From Chrysomallon squamiferum (lineage: Eukaryota > Animalia > Mollusca), in the NCBI GenBank assembly GCA_012295275.1, contig CM022678.1, positions 12,834,001 through 12,898,000 of the forward strand: DNA of 64,000 nucleotides, read 5' to 3'. Position numbers and translations under genes: made by a program. Positions 62,801 through 64,000 of this stretch are shown here, piece after piece. How positions within the stretch are numbered: the stretch's first letter is position 1; every line of letters starts with the position of its first letter. The notes under the pieces were generated by a model. That model worked only from the letters and a program-made list of their open reading frames with translations, made no database searches and was not told where the DNA came from.

Positions 62801-63305
62801 ATAGGACTTAAACAATAACACCAGTGAGAAAGTCACATAAACTTTATGAAACAGGATTTTAATCTTGACCTGAATTCACAAAATCTTATTAACCTGGTTC
62901 ACTTTTAAATTAACTTTTAGTTTATTAACAAACTGATTAAAGTGAAACAATGCATCTTTGTTTATGTTCATAAATAAATAAATAAATAAATAAATAAATA
63001 TAATAATAATAATAATAATAATAATAGTAAATAATAATAATAATAGCAGTGATAATAATAATAACAATAATAATAAATTATAATAATAATAACAGCAATG
63101 ATAATAATAATAATAATAACAAAGTAGAGATATATAATAAACTAACAAAACAGGATGAAGTAAATGTATACACTTTTAAAATAAATAAATGTTTACCTTT
63201 GTTTCAGATTGTTTAGAAGTTTCCTTCTTGGCTCCACTAAACAAGTCATCTTCATCATCTTCAGCAAACAACGATGCTGCTGTAGTAGTTTTAGGCTTTG
63301 GTTTG
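51337..63305 (-). CDS. WASHC2: WASH complex subunit FAM21 (WASHC2), last 17 coding exons (~927 aa); 5' part lies beyond the window end
   Basis: In-phase GT-AG exons: 63305-63197, 62396-62299, 61813-61735, 61201-61064, 60357-60235, 59655-59518, 58436-58353, 57903-57633, 57326-57133, 56813-56684, 56141-56092, 55612-55553, 54668-54543, 54280-53494, 53181-53102, 51984-51801, 51470-51337. Repeated LFa motifs (SLFAEDDEDDLF, SLFEDEDLLF, LFDADDEDDADLF), KIGKLK-AGLAINPAALLP, the capping-protein-interaction segment LYSANKDRAKLTRRRP and the C-terminus DIFNDPLLGGK* are all FAM21 hallmarks. Confidence 0.95.
56484..56660. repeat. Short-unit (~15-17 bp) intronic minisatellite
   Basis: Alternating CTGTGTCTGTAAAG / CTGTGTCTCTGTAAGA / CTGTCTCTCTCTAAG units. 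Confidence 0.88.
62438..62838. repeat. 36-bp near-perfect minisatellite, ~11 copies, in a FAM21 intron
   Basis: TCACATAGGACTTAAACAATAACACCAGTGAGAAAG repeated with only isolated variants. Confidence 0.97.
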
Positions 63306-63311
63306 CTGAAA

Positions 63312-63350
<39 letters not shown>

Positions 63351-63679
63351 ACAAATCAATAAAAAACTAAAAACAAACACATACAAAAATAAACATATTT
63401 AAGTTTAGTTATTTTGTTACAAACTTCAGCAGAAATTTTTTTTTTTTACAAATGAAGGTGTCAACAAAATTCAGCAGACTGACTTAGGCAAGAAAAGATA
63501 CAGTTCAAGTAATAGTGATAACTTGTGTATGATGAATCAGTCACCATTAGAATGAAAATCAACCAATGAGTGCGCTAAAACAGATTATTTTAATTATTAA
63601 TCATCTAAACAGATAAACTCAAATAGCAGCTGAAAAGTACAAATTATATTAGTTAAATAAATATCTGAGTTTTACTATC

Positions 63680-64000
63680 ACTACTTTAAATAACTGTCTG
63701 AATTGTACTATTACTGTATTAGCACTTTAAATAACTGTCTGAATTGTACTATTACTGTATTAGCACTTTAAATAACTGAGTTTTACTATCACTACTTTAA
63801 ATAACTGTCTGAATTGTACTATCACTACTTTAAATAACTGTCTGAATTGTACTATTACTGTATTAGCACTTTAAATAACTGTCTGAATTGTACTATCACT
63901 ACTTTAAATAACTGTCTGAATTGTACTATTACTGTATTAGCACTTTAAATAACTGTCTGAATTGTACTATCACTACTTTAAATAACTGTCTGAATTTTAC
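63680..64000. repeat. ~31/41-bp minisatellite in a FAM21 intron, running to the window end
   Basis: ACTTTAAATAACTGTCTGAATTGTACTATTACTGTATTAGC and a shorter ...ATCACT variant. Confidence 0.93.

Noticed and set aside
62432-62836. 134-aa ORF with a perfect 12-aa repeat (TFSLVLLFKSYV)
   Set aside because: Stop-free frame of a 36-bp intronic minisatellite; the flanking FAM21 exons join in phase without it.

Overview
AT-rich, microsatellite-dense, intron-containing animal DNA, probably from a lophotrochozoan such as a mollusc (inferred from composition and gene style only). Almost all ORF-track entries are microsatellite artefacts or exon read-throughs. I assembled six genes by hand from GT-AG junctions with consistent phases: (1) the 5' part of a tetraspanin (- strand), whose next intron holds a >5.8 kb 51-bp satellite; (2) a 139-aa secreted BRICHOS-like protein (+); (3) a 204-aa single-CUB type I membrane protein (-); (4) a 190-aa claudin/PMP22-superfamily protein (+); (5) an SLC25A51-like mitochondrial carrier with an intronless CDS (+); (6) the last 17 coding exons of FAM21/WASHC2 (-). 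There is also a 1.28-kb TA-flanked, TIR-bounded pogo/Tc1-mariner-type element that keeps a PHD-finger ORF, plus several minisatellites. I saw no CRISPR, rRNA or tRNA genes and no clearly new biological system. The best leads are the small BRICHOS and CUB-TM proteins, the PHD transposon and the satellite structure.
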